DNA of 64,000 nucleotides. It comes from Lingula anatina (taxonomy: Eukaryota; Animalia; Brachiopoda). The translations under genes and the position numbers were made by a program. Positions 36,801 through 49,500 of the stretch are shown piece after piece; positions within the stretch are counted from its first letter, which is position 1; each line of letters opens with the position of its first letter. Location of the stretch: NCBI GenBank assembly GCA_051362555.1, contig CM120640.1, positions 15,128,001 through 15,192,000 on the forward strand, written 5' to 3'. The notes beneath the pieces were generated by a model. The model made no database searches. It had not been told where the DNA came from and was given only the letters and a program-made list of their open reading frames with translations.

Positions 36801-39162
36801 TTTACTAAGTACTGTACCTTTATCTCAAAAACAAGTTAAACAACTGAGAATAAATGTAAGACAGTATGAATCAGTTTGCCAACTAAACTGTTTTTAAGGT
36901 CTATGTAAGGTTTAATTTACTTTTATTGAGGCTGAGGAGCCAGGTGACCGGCTCATCTAATGCAATGGACATTCATTTGCATAACTGATAACTTTTTATT
37001 CAGGGTGGTGCGCCATGAGTTTTGCACTTTATTTCATTCAGCACAGTGGCAAGTTGACATACCTTTTTGCAACGCACATGTAACGACAGAGCCGCAACAG
37101 CCGAGCCAAATGTGGCCGTTTTTGTTAACCCAGGAAACGATCTTTTTCTGAGTTTTAAACACAATTTTATGTGTTATTTATTAATTGTGAATAAAGAATG
37201 TATTGAAAATACACGGATTTATCGTGGGCCATGATTTGAAAAACTGACCGTGTTTCATGAAAAATGGCCGTGCAAAACAGGGCCACGCAACTGGCTGGCT
37301 AATTCTATGGGGGTATCAAGAGAAAGATGATACCCAGTGTATTGATCTATTTATAATTGTAATAAGTATTTTAAACACTGTTTGAGTAGTAATCCATAGT
37401 TATAAATATATATCCATTTATTTTTTTATTTGTGGTAGGGCTGACTGTCACATTTAATGCTCAAATAAATTATTATCATTATTATTATTTAATTGCATTT
37501 CAACCATATGGGGGTGGGGATGAGGGGCTTCAAATGAAGACTGAAACTTCTGAAGTCAGGCTTAAGTGTTAACTTTCACCTGATGCTTATTGCTAATGTT
37601 ACAGTATTAATCTGAATTTTAAAGGAATAGGGGTCTTCACTGCTATTTTTCATTAAATATATTATAATTATTAATAAACTCACCTCATCTGCAAGCACGT
37701 ATATGACAAATTTCACTTCTTGTGATGTGTGTCCTAAATTTGCTGCATGTTTAAGTGAACAAATTGCTATAGTTTGAGATTTCAGCTCTGGAATCAATCC
37801 CCTGAAAATAAGAACATACACAACAGGTCAAAACTTAATGTTAAAGGAACTACACAGCAAAGCTGGCAAATATAAAGACAATAAAAAGAAAAAAAACTTT
37901 TATAAAAAGAAGCTGGTTATGCTGATTTTCAAAAAGCTCCTGTCTTATCAACATACAAAGTCACTCAGCATATAAGAAGTGAAACATATGGTTTGGCACT
38001 TGAGTGGCGGCATCGCCAAAATATATGCAAAAAACATTTTTAAAATAATCCAATCATGCTGATTTTCACAAGGAACATTAAAAAAAAAACAAACAAAGCT
38101 ACTCCAAAAACGAAGTAAAACAGAAATATGGTCTGTCAGTTATAGGGACTGATGTTTAGGACAGTGATGGAGAAAGCACCAATGTTGCCACAGACAGACA
38201 AACACAGATCATTCTAACACCCCATTCTCATAGATTAGATCGACCTACATTGGATCGACCTAACTCCCTGGGGGTTCACGCTAAATAGCTGTCAGCCGGG
38301 CGGACACGAAAGTTAATTACCCCTTAAAGCTTGTAGTAGGCGGGGACGGACACTTAAGGGGGATTATCTGACAGTAATCTAGTGAGACTCCCTGCGGTGA
38401 TAGATCGATCTAAAAGTTGTGAGAACAGAGCCTTAAAAAGATCCAGCATTTTACCAAAATGAGCCAATGATTAAAATGGAACTTAAACAAAAATGTGCTT
38501 GGACATTTACTGGGTGAACAACAGATGTTTTGGGAAATGATGGCAAACAGAATAAATGCAGATACTTACAATGTCTGTCTAAAGAGGAAATTTGATAAAT
38601 TTCAAAAAGAAGGCTCTGAGACTGACAATTTTTTTATTTTTTCTTCTTATTTTCTTTTTATCTCATTGCAGCTATTTCTTGATTCATTTACTTAATTTTA
38701 TTATATTTTAAAACTTTGCTGAAAAACCAAAAATGTGCTTCTTTTCAGTGCTGTTATTTCATACACTGAGGTACATACACTTGAACAACTTTGTCATACT
38801 GTAGTTTGTATAGTCAACATTCCCATGCAAATGAGTATGAAATGATATACTAAATTATCAACATAAGGTGCGACACTCGTGCAGAAAATTGCAGGAATTG
38901 ATAATATAAATGCTTTTACAAGACAAAAGATTCCAGATATTATATATTTCATATACTTTGTTGGTTTAATATATTATCATCTTATTAGTATATCATGCAA
39001 CATTTAACAAATAATTGAAATAAATGGACTGCTAGCACCTAGCCAATGCAGACAGCAACCTGTCTCTCTATCAAACAAAGCCACTCAGTAAATTTATTCT
39101 TAAACAAAAATATGGTTTGATACTTATGAGGACAAACATTAATTGCCAAAATTGTGCAAAAA

Positions 39163-39254
<92 letters not shown>

Positions 39255-42200
39255 TAATAAAATAAATAAATAAATAAATAATAATAATAACTCAGTGTCT
39301 GTATATAATAAGAAAAATGATGTAAATTAACACATAATGAAAGTTAGATGACATTCCAAAAAACATATTTTCCCAAAATTTCAATATCATTTACTTGAAA
39401 GATCTCTTTAAAAAAACAATACATATGTACGTCAACAAAGGTACAACTGTTTTTAAAAATCTTACAATACAACAACCCATGACTGGTCATAGTCAAATCC
39501 ACCACCGCCTAAATCAGAAGTTCCTTGGATGGTTTTGCTAAGACAATGAACTAAAAATAAAAAATACATACCTCAGATAGATGGATGGATGGACAGTTAA
39601 ATAAATAAATAGACAGAAAGACAATAAGTCAGATGGACAGACATATTATATAAAACATAGATCATATTTTGCACATGAAGTTTTCAAAATTAGGAAAAAA
39701 GGATAAATTAACTTAAAGTCATAATAACTCTTCGTTTTGGCCAATAATTGGATTTTCCTGGAGTAAATGGCAATTTCCCCGTACTTACCAATGGTCAACG
39801 ACCCCATTCCTGCATTCAAAGTTAGTCCAGGTTTTTTTTCCTAAACGTTTGGTTTTGTGTTAAAATCTCTTAAGAAATTTTAACTGACGGAGCCCTCTCT
39901 GACACTGCATAGTCACGCGATATAGAGCAATATTTTCTGGTGACCTACTTAAAACCGCGGGAAAAGCAGACAAGCACTCCTATTGACAATTCTGATATGT
40001 ACTGGTTGTGCTAACGCATGAAAGCAAAGGCCTCAAAAAGTTGGAAATGAAAACTGGTTGCCGAACCAGCCGCGGTGTGGCAGCTCTTAAATTTTTATTT
40101 TACATCTCATCTCCTCATCACACACATTACTGTGAAGCCAACCAGTTTTCCCATCAACACAGGTATCACTTTCCTTAAATTCATCTGTCTATCTACCAGT
40201 TTGACCATCGTAAAATCATACATCCGCTATAAACAGACGAAAAACAGGTCAAATCTACTCAGGTCAACTGCCAGTAACCTACTGCGCATGAGCGGAACTT
40301 GTGGTCCACATGCTGTCTGGACACTCGACTCACCGTCGATTGATTCCTGCGTCATCTAGTTTCAAGGCGTTCGGAAGATAGCCGGAAATTGTCGAGGAGT
40401 TCCGAATGGCTGTCTGGACTCGGCTGGAACGAGGAGCACTAGGCAAGTCACCCGCTCTTTACGTTTCTGACACAATTAACTGAACTGATGAAAATAAAGT
40501 AGCCGAAATGGAATTTTCAACCATTTTTCATTCAAAATAAATGTTTATATTGTCATAAATACATAGTGAAAATCAACTAGAAGACAGTCTTTAAATCAAT
40601 TCCGCTCATGCGCAGTAGGTTACTGGCCCTCTCGTCATGACCTGAGTAGATTTGACCTGGTTTTCATCTGTTTATGAGGGGTGTATGATTTTACGACGGT
40701 CAAACTGGTAGATAGACATATGAATTTAAGGAAAGTGATACCTCTGTTGATGGGAAAACTGGTTGGCTTCACAGTAATGTGTGTAATGAGGAGATGAGAT
40801 GTAAAATAATAATTTTCGGCAACCGGTTTTCATTTCCAACTTTTTGAGGCCTTTGCTTTCATGTGTTAGCACAGCCAGTACATATCAGAATCGTCAATAG
40901 GAGTGCTAACACAGGAATTTTCATGCTAATCTACAATATGTGCAATTCTGGGCTTTTCGTTATCCGACGCACTGTACAAATACTCGCAACTTATTCTGCA
41001 GATTGCATCATGCGTTTGGCGCCATATGTTATTTTGGTCTCGAATGAATGCGAGAATCCGCGTGACACCCCAACGTCATTGGCAACGGATGCCGTGACGA
41101 CCGGGAAGAAAGGCATCGAAAGCCCTATTGACAAGCACAGATTTTAGTTTTACTACAATAAGAGCTGTTTTAGTGGTAAAATGCAATAGAATATATTTCC
41201 ATGTGTTGTTTACAATGTATTTCTTGCGGAATTTTGAATCTCAAAGGAAGAGTTATTATTGCTTTAATCCAAATTCATAAAAGACAACGTACTTAAAATA
41301 TCCAGAACAACATATAAATGATATGCATTATGTGCAGATATACAGAGCTCTAAAAAGAAAACATTGCACTAAAAACATTTTAAAATTTCTACATGAGTCA
41401 GCTGCATTTTTCTTATTGTATATTTTGACAATACTGTTACATACAAACTGTGGCAAATGAGGTTTACCGTTATCATGGGTAAATATGGCATCCATTAATT
41501 TATCAGTGTCAAACTCAGCACTGCTGCCAAAAGTAGTTGAAAGCATATTTCTTGTGATATCATCTAGTCTGGACTCATGCACATCTAACAGTACATGAGC
41601 ATTTTCAATGAGCAGCTTCATTGTATTGGCTGTTTCTTCCTCTCGCAAATCATTCAGTGGTATTGGCTTACAGATTCATGAAAGACAATGTCACATGTGT
41701 AAGAAAAATTAAATACTTAAAGGGATAATAACTCTTCGTTTTGGCCAAAAAATGAATTTTCCTGGAGTAAACAACAATTTTCCCATACTTACCAATGGTT
41801 AATGAATCCATTTTTACATTCAAAGTTAGTCCCTGTTTTTTTTTCTAAAAAGTTTGGTTTTTTGTTAAATTCTCTTAAGAGATTATAACAGAGTATAGCC
41901 ATCAATGGAGGTGACGTGGTCTGAAGACAAGTTCAGATATCAGAATAATAGCTATAACCGCTGTTTTTGTCGTAAAACAGAATACTAGTATATTTTATTT
42001 CTATGAGTTGTTTCTGTTGTGAAATATAGACCTCATACGAAGAGTTATTATCCCTTTAATATGCCACATCTAATATATTATGATTTAACCGCATGAAATA
42101 TCTATTTACATTTTAACATTTCAAAATTGTGCTATTAAAACACTGTATAGTGCCTACCTCATGCCTTGATAACATAAGAGAGGTCCGTCTATCTCTTCTA

Positions 42201-42388
42201 CAATCAGGCATTTCTATTTCAGTATCTAGTACTAGTACTGAAGCAGCTGGACTTATTCCAGTTGATTTTATAGGGGGTAATTTGTTAAGTACTGGTAGAG
42301 TAAGCCCTTCATTGTAAGCACTCGTCATATCTCCAGGTTCTAAGTCCGTGACTTGCAGGCTGGGAAGTTTATTGTGGCCCGCCGCCAT
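1622..42388 (-). CDS. SLC4A11: SLC4A11-like (BTR1/NaBC1) anion/borate transporter, 17 coding exons, about 808 aa
   Basis: Phase-consistent GT-AG exons: 42388-42158, 41666-41468, 39550-39466, 37801-37684, 18372-18166, 17718-17640, 17243-17121, 16548-16435, 15936-15804, 15522-15449, 9827-9653, 9411-9305, 9026-8861, 7728-7555, 7315-7120, 2049-1880, 1697-1622 (2427 nt). Motifs include [75 protein letters not shown] and [15 protein letters not shown]. Confidence 0.92.
2074..4314 (+). mobile_element. Non-autonomous Helentron/HINE-like element, family 1, with 146-bp internal array
   Basis: Starts CTAGAGGATCA, has central 146-bp units and a (CGG)-rich tract, and ends in the palindrome ACCGCCAGCGCCTACACTGGTGGTAC. 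No TSD. Homologous to 19475-22514 and 22933-25815. Confidence 0.75.
4818..6404 (+). mobile_element. Non-autonomous TIR element (Tc1/mariner-like, TA target), family TA-1
   Basis: TIR CGGTAAAGTCTTGAAAATTTCG at both ends; homologous to 11071-12768; the right-hand TA is not preserved. Confidence 0.8.
6864..7052 (-). mobile_element. Palindromic MITE remnant (same family as 38222-38432 and 45191-45410)
   Basis: Inverted arms CTTAAATGTTTGTCACGCCTAC / GTAGGCGTGACAGACATTTAAG; shares a reverse-complement motif with the two other copies. Confidence 0.5.
7969..8772 (+). mobile_element. 5'-truncated, diverged copy of family TA-1
   Basis: Same internal GATCGTTCGCGATC repeats and right end ...AAGCGACGAAATTTTCAAG. 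Confidence 0.7.
11071..12768 (+). mobile_element. Family TA-1 non-autonomous TIR element
   Basis: TA|CGGTAAAGTCTTGAAAATTTCG...CGAAATTTTCAAGACTTTACCG|TA; TA TSD; no transposase ORF. Confidence 0.9.
13185..15273. repeat. Near-perfect 1043-bp tandem duplication
   Basis: Identical ORF-track peptides offset by exactly 1043 nt (13360/14403, 13403/14446, 13717/14760); only a few substitutions visible. Confidence 0.95.
17741..17991. mobile_element. Fold-back MITE, PIF/Harbinger-like
   Basis: TTA|GGCTTGGTTCACATG...CATGTGAACGAAGCC|TTA; palindromic over almost its whole length. Confidence 0.85.
19215..22628 (+). repeat. 5' LTR (374 bp = 19215-19474 + 22515-22628, split by a family-1 insert)
   Basis: TG...CA ends, TATAAATA at 19325, AATAAA at 22583, followed by TA and the PBS. 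Confidence 0.88.
19475..22514 (+). mobile_element. Family-1 Helentron/HINE-like element inserted in the left LTR
   Basis: The right LTR shows the empty site (GCTATTAA|TAACATT); 146-bp units; internal 1028-bp duplication; terminal palindrome TGTACCGCCAGCG-CTAA-CGCTGGTGGTACA. Confidence 0.85.
22631..22644 (+). promoter_or_regulatory. Primer binding site, tRNA-Ser type
   Basis: TGGCGCTGCGAGCA begins 2 nt after the LTR CA end; it is complementary to a tRNA-Ser-like 3' end (...UGCUCGCAGCG-CCA). Confidence 0.8.
22933..25815 (-). mobile_element. Family-1 Helentron/HINE-like element (reverse) in the Gypsy leader
   Basis: Reverse complement of 19475-22514; about 11 tandem 146-bp units at 23950-25590. 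Confidence 0.85.
26394..27770 (+). pseudogene. gag: PNMA-like Gypsy gag (RRM-like N-terminus, capsid, CCHC knuckle), two frameshifts
   Basis: [14 protein letters not shown]... start; capsid [24 protein letters not shown]...[16 protein letters not shown]; knuckle [14 protein letters not shown]; frame breaks near 26538 and at the A-run near 27230. Confidence 0.85.
27719..27778 (+). promoter_or_regulatory. -1 programmed ribosomal frameshift signal (T TTA AAC plus predicted pseudoknot)
   Basis: Heptamer in the correct phase of gag, 6-nt spacer, stems GGGTC/GACCC and GGCCC/GGGCC; the protease lies in the -1 frame. Confidence 0.8.
27719..27987 (+). pseudogene. pol: Retropepsin aspartic protease (start of pol), truncated by the inverted LTR
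   Basis: [22 protein letters not shown]...[16 protein letters not shown] with catalytic DTG. Confidence 0.88.
27988..28361 (-). repeat. Second LTR, inverted (374 bp, uninterrupted)
   Basis: Reverse complement of the left LTR; ORF-track peptides 19188+ and 28155- are identical over the shared part. Confidence 0.92.
29260..29493 (+). mobile_element. Small HINE-like family 3 element
   Basis: CTAGAAAAGCAC...AGACCTCTGCCAAGGCAG ... ACCTCCTTGGCAGAG; homologous to 32318 and 44561. Confidence 0.7.
29542..29606. repeat. (TA)n microsatellite
   Basis: Perfect dinucleotide run; others at about 32595-32636, 39181-39250, 51143-51211, 52175-52236 and 54090-54126. Confidence 0.95.
32318..32545 (+). mobile_element. 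Small HINE-like family 3 element
   Basis: Sits at the same position within family-2 copy A as the 29260 element does within copy B. Confidence 0.7.
32637..34365 (-). mobile_element. Family TA-1 element, inverted relative to 11071-12768, inserted at a (TA)n tract
   Basis: Same TIRs and TA TSD; near-identical reverse complement (shared ORF-track peptide [15 protein letters not shown]...). Confidence 0.9.
36453..37309. mobile_element. Non-autonomous hAT-like element
   Basis: 8-bp TSD GGGGTATC (36445-36452 and 37310-37317); TIRs CAGAGAATTAGCCAG / CTGGCTAATTCTATG. Confidence 0.85.
38222..38432 (+). mobile_element. Short MITE-like repeat (also at 45191-45410)
   Basis: Shared TAGATCGACCTAACTCCCTGGGGGTTCA...TCTAGTGAGACTCCC...GATAGATCGATCTAAAA. 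Confidence 0.65.
39717..41263 (+). mobile_element. Kolobok-like non-autonomous element (TTAA TSD) containing a fold-back MITE
   Basis: TTAA|AGTCATAATAACTCTTCG ... GAAGAGTTATTATTGCT|TTAA. Confidence 0.75.
39974..40906. mobile_element. Fold-back element with about 310-bp inverted arms
   Basis: GCACTCCTATTGAC...CTGCGCATGAGCGGAA mirrored at 40600-40906; flanks CAA/TAA. Confidence 0.85.
41721..42055 (+). mobile_element. Kolobok-like MITE
   Basis: TTAA|AGGGATAATAACTCTTCG ... CGAAGAGTTATTATCCCT|TTAA. Confidence 0.85.
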
Positions 42389-42498
42389 ATTCAGCTGAAA
42401 TACTAAAAAGTGCTTAAGTTCAAAACTAACAAGTGACTTATCTACCTGTACCAGTTGTTCTACAGTACATCCAGTAGTGATGTTAGCGTTAAATATTA

Positions 42499-42677
42499 GG
42501 GGCCGTAGCAATACAGTAGTCCGAAGGTTCAATACTCCGAAGGTTCATTGGTCCGAATATTCACTATAGAACCTTCGGACCAATGAACCCTTGATTAAAA
42601 AATCGATGAAAACGTTACCACTTTTTGGCCCAATGAACCTTCGGACCAATGAACCTTCGGACTATCGAGACGCCCCC
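42499..42677. mobile_element. MULE-like MITE with 16-bp subterminal repeats
   Basis: GGGG...CCCC ends, TSD AAATATTA (8-9 bp), TCCGAAGGTTCATTGG units mirrored as CCAATGAACCTTCGGA. Confidence 0.75.
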
Positions 42678-43203
42678 AAATATTACATATGCTACACATT
42701 ACATATGCTAGTTGCTACAAATCAAAAACTTTTGATACAAAAAAATATCTTTGACTTTATCAACAAATTACTTCCATTTTTATGTGTCAATTTGTATACC
42801 AAATTATGTTATATTCATCATATTTGTTTTATATTTAAAAATAAATGATGATATACAGTCAAGACAAAGCTTTGGCTAAAAAATATCAGACTTATTCTAA
42901 TTTTAAACATAATCAGTGGCCTACAACTGGTGGTTAGGTAATACATTTTAACAATGTCATGAATGGTCTAACACTTAAGACTTATTTAAAGTGCAAAATA
43001 CATATGATCCATACATGTGAGTTTAGAAGTTATAACAGGAATAATACAATGGAGGATGTCAATCTTGGCTGCCAAGCTTGGCAGCGGGTCTTAAATGTCG
43101 GTAAATGGTATAAGTAGATCTAACATTCTTAGAGTACAGTGCCAGTTGAAATGGATGAAAAAGGGAAAACGTATAACAAAAGTTAATTGAACAACTTTTT
43201 TAC

Positions 43204-43575
43204 CTGTGAAATTCAATCGTCTTTTCGTACATTCATTTTCAAAATACTTCTTCTCAAATATTGCGTTTCGCAGAACGCGCTCTGCTACGTCATCAAGATA
43301 AGCTAATTGAAAACAGTCATGTTGTTACCTTATAAATGATGGATATCGTAGAGAGTAATTCTTATTTACATACAAAGGTGGTCAAAATATACTCAAAATT
43401 TAATGATGCGTAACTTTCACTATATCACTTACATCTTGAAAAAAGTTTCTTGAGGGGGGCGACAGCTATAGCAAAGAAGTAAAAAAGAGTTACGCATGCG
43501 CATTATGTTCAAAATAAATCTCGCCATTTTAAGCAAAATGATTTATAGTATTAGTAGTGTAACTTGCATCTCATA
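43204..43575. promoter_or_regulatory. Bidirectional promoter region SLC4A11-like / FCHO, including a probable non-coding first exon of SLC4A11
   Basis: Minus-strand donor CAG|GTAAAA at 43204; TACGTCA (CRE-like) near 43287; TACGCATGCGCA (NRF1-like) 43491-43502; CGCCATTTT (YY1-like) 43522-43530; FCHO ATG at 43576. Confidence 0.6.
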
Positions 43576-46500
43576 ATGCCGTCGTTTGAAGACAATTTTT
43601 GGGTAAGTGAAATGCGATTGTTGTACTATTTGAATATCACATACATTCATTGACCTTTTGTTTTTAACTACAGTTTCAAGAAATACAGACGCCTTGCTGT
43701 GCACCTAACATTTTTTTTGGCTCTGACAATCGGATTTGACACCCACCTGCTACACTATTAGATACCACCAAAAGTGTCACAAATAGTTCATGTCAAACCA
43801 CTTAATTATTTTTTTCTCGAGAATATTGGTCTTGTTCTTACGCCCCACATCTTCCATTGTTTTATTTTAAGTGAAGGAGTCTCGGGTGGCAAGATGTTTT
43901 TAGAGCCTGTTGAGTGTAAAAAGTTAAAAACAGTAGACAAGATTGAAAATGTCCATCTTATTACTCTCCTTTTATGTATAAGTTGAGGGATGGATGGAAT
44001 TGTTTATACAGATTTGGTAATTATTAAGTAGAATACAAAATTTTGTCAAATGTCTTAAAATGTCTGACCATAGAAATTATCATGTTTGATTAAAATACAA
44101 TATTTCCAGCCAATTTTACAGCTGTATCATTTTATGCTTTAATAGGTTGAAAAAATTGTTCATTTTTAGTTAATCAGGAGGTTGAAACATACATATGTGG
44201 CCTATGTGGCCTATTTGTGAGCCTAAGTGGACAAATTAGCTGGAGAGACAAGTGACCTTTGCATACAATACTAGTACTTGGCCTCTAGGAGTCCTTATCT
44301 ATTATGTATTGAGAAAAACTGAGAGTAAATTTTTAAACATTTGTGTGTGTGTGTGTCTATGTGTTAAAAATTTCCAGAATGGCTTGATAGAACAATAGTA
44401 ATTATATACCTCTTTTTAGACTTTACTCAGATATAATTTTTGAAAAGCATAGGATATGGTATCACATTACATAATGCATCTGTAGCTTTTGCGTGCGTAT
44501 GTTGTCATTAGCACTGAGCACTACATGTCATAAAGATGATAAAATGAAAATTATAATTAACTAGAAAAGCACTCAGAGAGTGCAGACCTCCGCCAAGGCA
44601 GCTCAGTTCCCCTATCATACTATCTCGAACTTCTTTATTTGTTTGAGGAGACAATAATACTTCTCAGCAACAATACTTCCCATTAAAGCATTTTATTTCG
44701 TTTCTTCAAATCATAATGAAATCAGTCATCATAACGAAAAATAGAATATATATTAAGAATCCTTTAAAAAAATCCTGGATCCAGACAGTGATCCAGATCA
44801 CCACCAAAAACTAATCACTTCTAAGTTAACCCATTTCTGACCTACCCTGAAAATTCCATCGAAATTCATCCCTAACTTTCTGAGTTATGTTGATGACAAA
44901 CAGACAGACAGACAAACAAATAAACAGGGGTGAAAACATAACCTCCTTGGCAGAGGTAATTATTCTTAAACTTACAAAAATGATTCATAGAACTAAATTA
45001 AGAGTTGTTAAGGTAACACTTAAAAGTGCTAAAAATTGAAAAATATACTTAATTTCTCTAACAGCTGCAAAATCCTTGAATTGTTATTTGTAAGTTTCAC
45101 TAGCTGTCTATACGTATTATGTAGGTAAAAGATAAGTTGTGATTTTGAACCTTAGATTATTGGTTTAATGGAAAAGGCAGGTGTACCTTAGGGTGCTTTC
45201 GCAGAGATTTAGATCGATCTAAAGATTAAGATTTAGATCGACCTAACTCCCTGGGGGTTCATGCTAAATTGCAGTCAGCCGAGCGGGCACCATAGTAAAT
45301 TACCCCCTTACAGCTTTTAGTAGGCGGGACAGACGCTTAAGCCGGCCAAGCTGACAGTAATCTAGTGAGACTCCCCACAGGGATAGATCGATCTAAAAAT
45401 CTATGGAAATGGTGTGTAACACTACCATTTCTAACAAGTGAGGGCCATGATCATATGATGAAAACATTGCTTAATGGATTCATGGTTGAGACATTCTTAG
45501 AGTGCATTCAGAACAGATGATCCATGGACTTAGTGATTAATGGACTAAATAAGGCCGATCCAATTTAAAAGCAAGTCGCTTAACCCCCTGATGATTCTAT
45601 GAAAAACAGCAAGGAAAGAAATGGCACTCCCACAGTGTGGAGTGAACAATTTAGCCGTAGAATATGTTTTGCGATCGTGTAAGCATGGCCCTCCATCTTT
45701 TTAAACTTGTTGGAGGAATACGTGTTTTAACAAATACAAGTATATACATTTTACAATATGGGAGACTTATGTTGTGGGTATAGGGTTTCCTTAGGGCAAG
45801 CAGTCACATCACACTCAGGTACACATACACAAAACAGAAAGGTGAACACAATACTTATAGTGGCTGACAGAGAAATATGCATGGACATTATTGCTCATAC
45901 CTATGGCATATACCTACCCTCTTCACAAAGATAATTTGCTGAATTATTATTCAGGTATCAAAGATATGTGGATTGACTCAGCTCTATGGGGCTCTTGCTA
46001 AATGCAAAGAGCTTAACCGAATGACATGAGTCTAAACAATTGGTAGGGATGTGGGTATGTGTTACGTTATAATGTACAACAATGAACAAAATTCATTTAT
46101 ATTTTTAGAGAAAAGTAGGATGAATCATTATCTCTAAAGTAATGTCTTTAATCACATATACTGTGCAAGGTGTCACTGTATTTAATTTAATCAAGTAGTC
46201 TAAGAGCGCATTCTCAACGAATTAAGCCAGGCTTTACAAAGCCGGTGACCTAAAAATGGCGGACGTACATGAAAGAAAAACCGCCTAATCTTTTAATAGT
46301 CTCTCCGCCTCTCACACGCCTCCCCACACGTCGTCCCTGCAGGGTACAGTAATTAAATCTCGGCTCCGAACATTAATATTTCCGTGAATATCTCTGGTGA
46401 TATTATCTCCTTAGATAGTCGATTCATTGCTGCTCTACGGGCAAAATTATTCCTTTTTCGTCTCTGTTTTCAAAGAGAATAGAACAGAAGAGCTTTTTTC

Positions 46501-49500
46501 CTTCGATCGCCTTCAGCCGCCATGCCTTCTTCACCACGAGTTTAACTGATGAGCATGAGCACTTAATATTTCTCAGGTAGCTTCCGCATAGCGAACGGAG
46601 CCGAGATTTAATTACTGTACCCCGCAGGGACGACGTGTGGGGAGGCGGAGAGACTATTAAAAGATTAGGCAGTTTTTCTTTCATGTACGTCCGCCATTTT
46701 TAGGTCACCGGCTTTGTAAAGCCTGGCTTAATTCGTTGAGAATGCGCTCTAAGTATAGTAAGATTTTTACCATTTAATCAAGGAGAAGAAATGTGTAAAC
46801 TATTGCCTTGTTTTTTCTTTGGGAAAAACGAGGTACAGTAAGTAGTGACATGTTTTATTACAGCTATCGAATAGAAGTCTAAATAGTTGAAATTGTGTTT
46901 TATATGATCATGTTGGGGGGAGGATGTTAATATTTATGATTATCCATTCTTACCCCCTCCTTCCCCATGGTTTTTAACTTTTTTTTTGTTGTGAATAATT
47001 TTATCTGTATGAACTGGTATTAGGGTATTACAGTTAAATGAAGGATTCGATATGGAAATACATAAATAATACAATGTGCAGTATTTTTTTTTTTTTTTTT
47101 TTTTTTTTTTGTTGGTATTGTAATAATTTCTACTGTAAAGAGTAGATGTATCTCTTTTTTTTTTTGCATAATTTTTAAAATATAGGAAAATCTAGATAAG
47201 ATAGATATGGTTTCACTCCTGTTTGTCTACTTGTACATTTTCTGCCCTGAAATAAGTACTTAATTTTGCTCACTTCTTAATTTCACACATATCTCAGTAT
47301 GGCAGTCATACCTCTCCAACTGACCATTTAATTTTGATTTGGCAGATGTACATAACATTTAACTGCATTATTTTCATGTTTCAGACTTTTTAAAGTTCAT
47401 AAAATGTTTATTTTTTTCATTAGTTGGTCATTTTTAAGTCATCATTGTATGGTATAACTAATTCATAAGGTCAGCTTGTGCTGATACATGGTTGGATAAG
47501 CAGCTGTTGTTTGAAATGAATTTCAGTTTGTTTGCATACTGTTGTATACCCTGATAAATTATAAACTGCGAAATTTATAACCTTTACAGTGATTCATTTA
47601 TAGTATTTTCTTGTTAGTAAAAGGGCCTGATTTGAGGATCTAGATGTCAGTGAAAGGCAATAGAAAAGCCATGGCATGGCATGGCAGTTTTTAGCAACCT
47701 ACAAATACCCATTTCCAATTTTTAAATATCAAAAATCAGAAAATCTCAAACAGCACAGGAAAGGCAAATCGTTTTTTTTTTTATTTAAAGAAAAACAGAC
47801 CATTCCTTTACTAGTTTCTGTGCTTTCTTTCAGTGGGGGTTTACTGATAGCGCTCTTAAGTATTTGATTGAAATTCCAGGGGGAAAAGAACAATGGGTTT
47901 GATGTACTCTACCAGAACATGAAACATGGTGCTACATCCAGCAAGGAATTGGTGGAATTTTTGAGGGAAAGGTTTGTATGATTTGAATTCAATAATGATA
48001 AAAAATTCTCATGAAACGCATTATTATAGTACATGAAATTTTCTGACAAAAATTTTGAAAATATGTATACCATGCCATATTTGTATGATTTTATTTGAAT
48101 ATACAAACTACATTTGCATGATTCAATATTCTATAGTAACTTACAAAGGAATTTTATTCTAAAGCTGATACCATGATGATATAAGTGCTCAGCAGGGCCA
48201 AGTGCTTTTACTCAACATCTGTTATCAGCAATATTGACTGGAAGATAATATAATTATCATTATTCTGTAGAATAGAAATCAAATTGCCTGGGTCAAGTAG
48301 TGTGCTGTGTTTCTCATGCACCAGCCTGTACTTAAGGAGGTGATAAACTTACCAACTTGGTCTCCATGTGGATTGCATTTATAAGTGCTACTGAATACTT
48401 GTCCACAAAATAAAAAATGAAATGAAACAGTAGGCGGTTAAGGTTTCACCTGAACTTGCAATCGGTATGATGGACATTAGTCGCACATTTAACAATAAAT
48501 AGTAAAATTTAAATGAGAAGTTCAGCAGGTAACTCAACATAGAAGCATTTAAAAGACAATTTGTACCAGATTATATTTAAGTAATGTTTCTTTTTTTCTC
48601 TCACTCATTTTTTTTGTATGTATATTTTGTAATGATACCTTTAGTTAGTATGTTTTATATCAGTGTAAGAGTCAGTGTGGACTGCTGTTGTGTAAAGTTA
48701 TTTTCCTCCTACTTATATGAAAGTCATACTACATGTATTGTCTATAAGCTTCTGTGTATTTTGTGTGTTGAATCAAAAATAATGTATGACAATTTTCAAA
48801 CAATGGTTACTGTATGATTTTTTTGTTGTCATTTTTGGTTTGATGCATGAGGAAAATACTTCAATCACAATGTCCAATACATGTTATTTACTTCAGTTGA
48901 CAAAGAGTAGTGTTTGTGGAAACATTGAACAAGATAAAAAGTCACAAAAGCATTTGGTCTTCAATGTGTCTTATGCCTCTGATAGAGTCGAATGCACGTG
49001 CCAATATAGGTTATGAAGCGTGATAACTTGAAACACTATATTAGTTTGGTAATAAACCCATTGTATCTTATAATTTTGTCATATCACAAACAGTCAATTA
49101 ATTTTTTTTTCATTTTTCTGACTTCATTAGTCTTCATCACTTGTTCTCCAGATGAATTTAAAGCAATGCCTTACACAAAAGCTGCAACAATTGCAGGCCT
49201 TCCCAACTACCAGACTCGGCACCTACGGGTCCAGTATAAACCGGTTTATCAGACCACACTACCCGTTTTCAAGGTGTGTGTCAGATCGCATTACAGGGTA
49301 TCAGCCACCACACCGATTTTGCCTGGTGCGCGATGTGATAGCAATGATCCTAAGCGGGGTTGGAAAGTAGTGCATCTCATCTAGATTCATGCGCTGCTGC
49401 AATTTTCTCTGTTTATACTAAAATCTGACAGTACCGCAATTTTTAACATAAAATTTAGGTTCGGACATAGCCAATGATGTTTTGTAAATAAGAACTTGCA

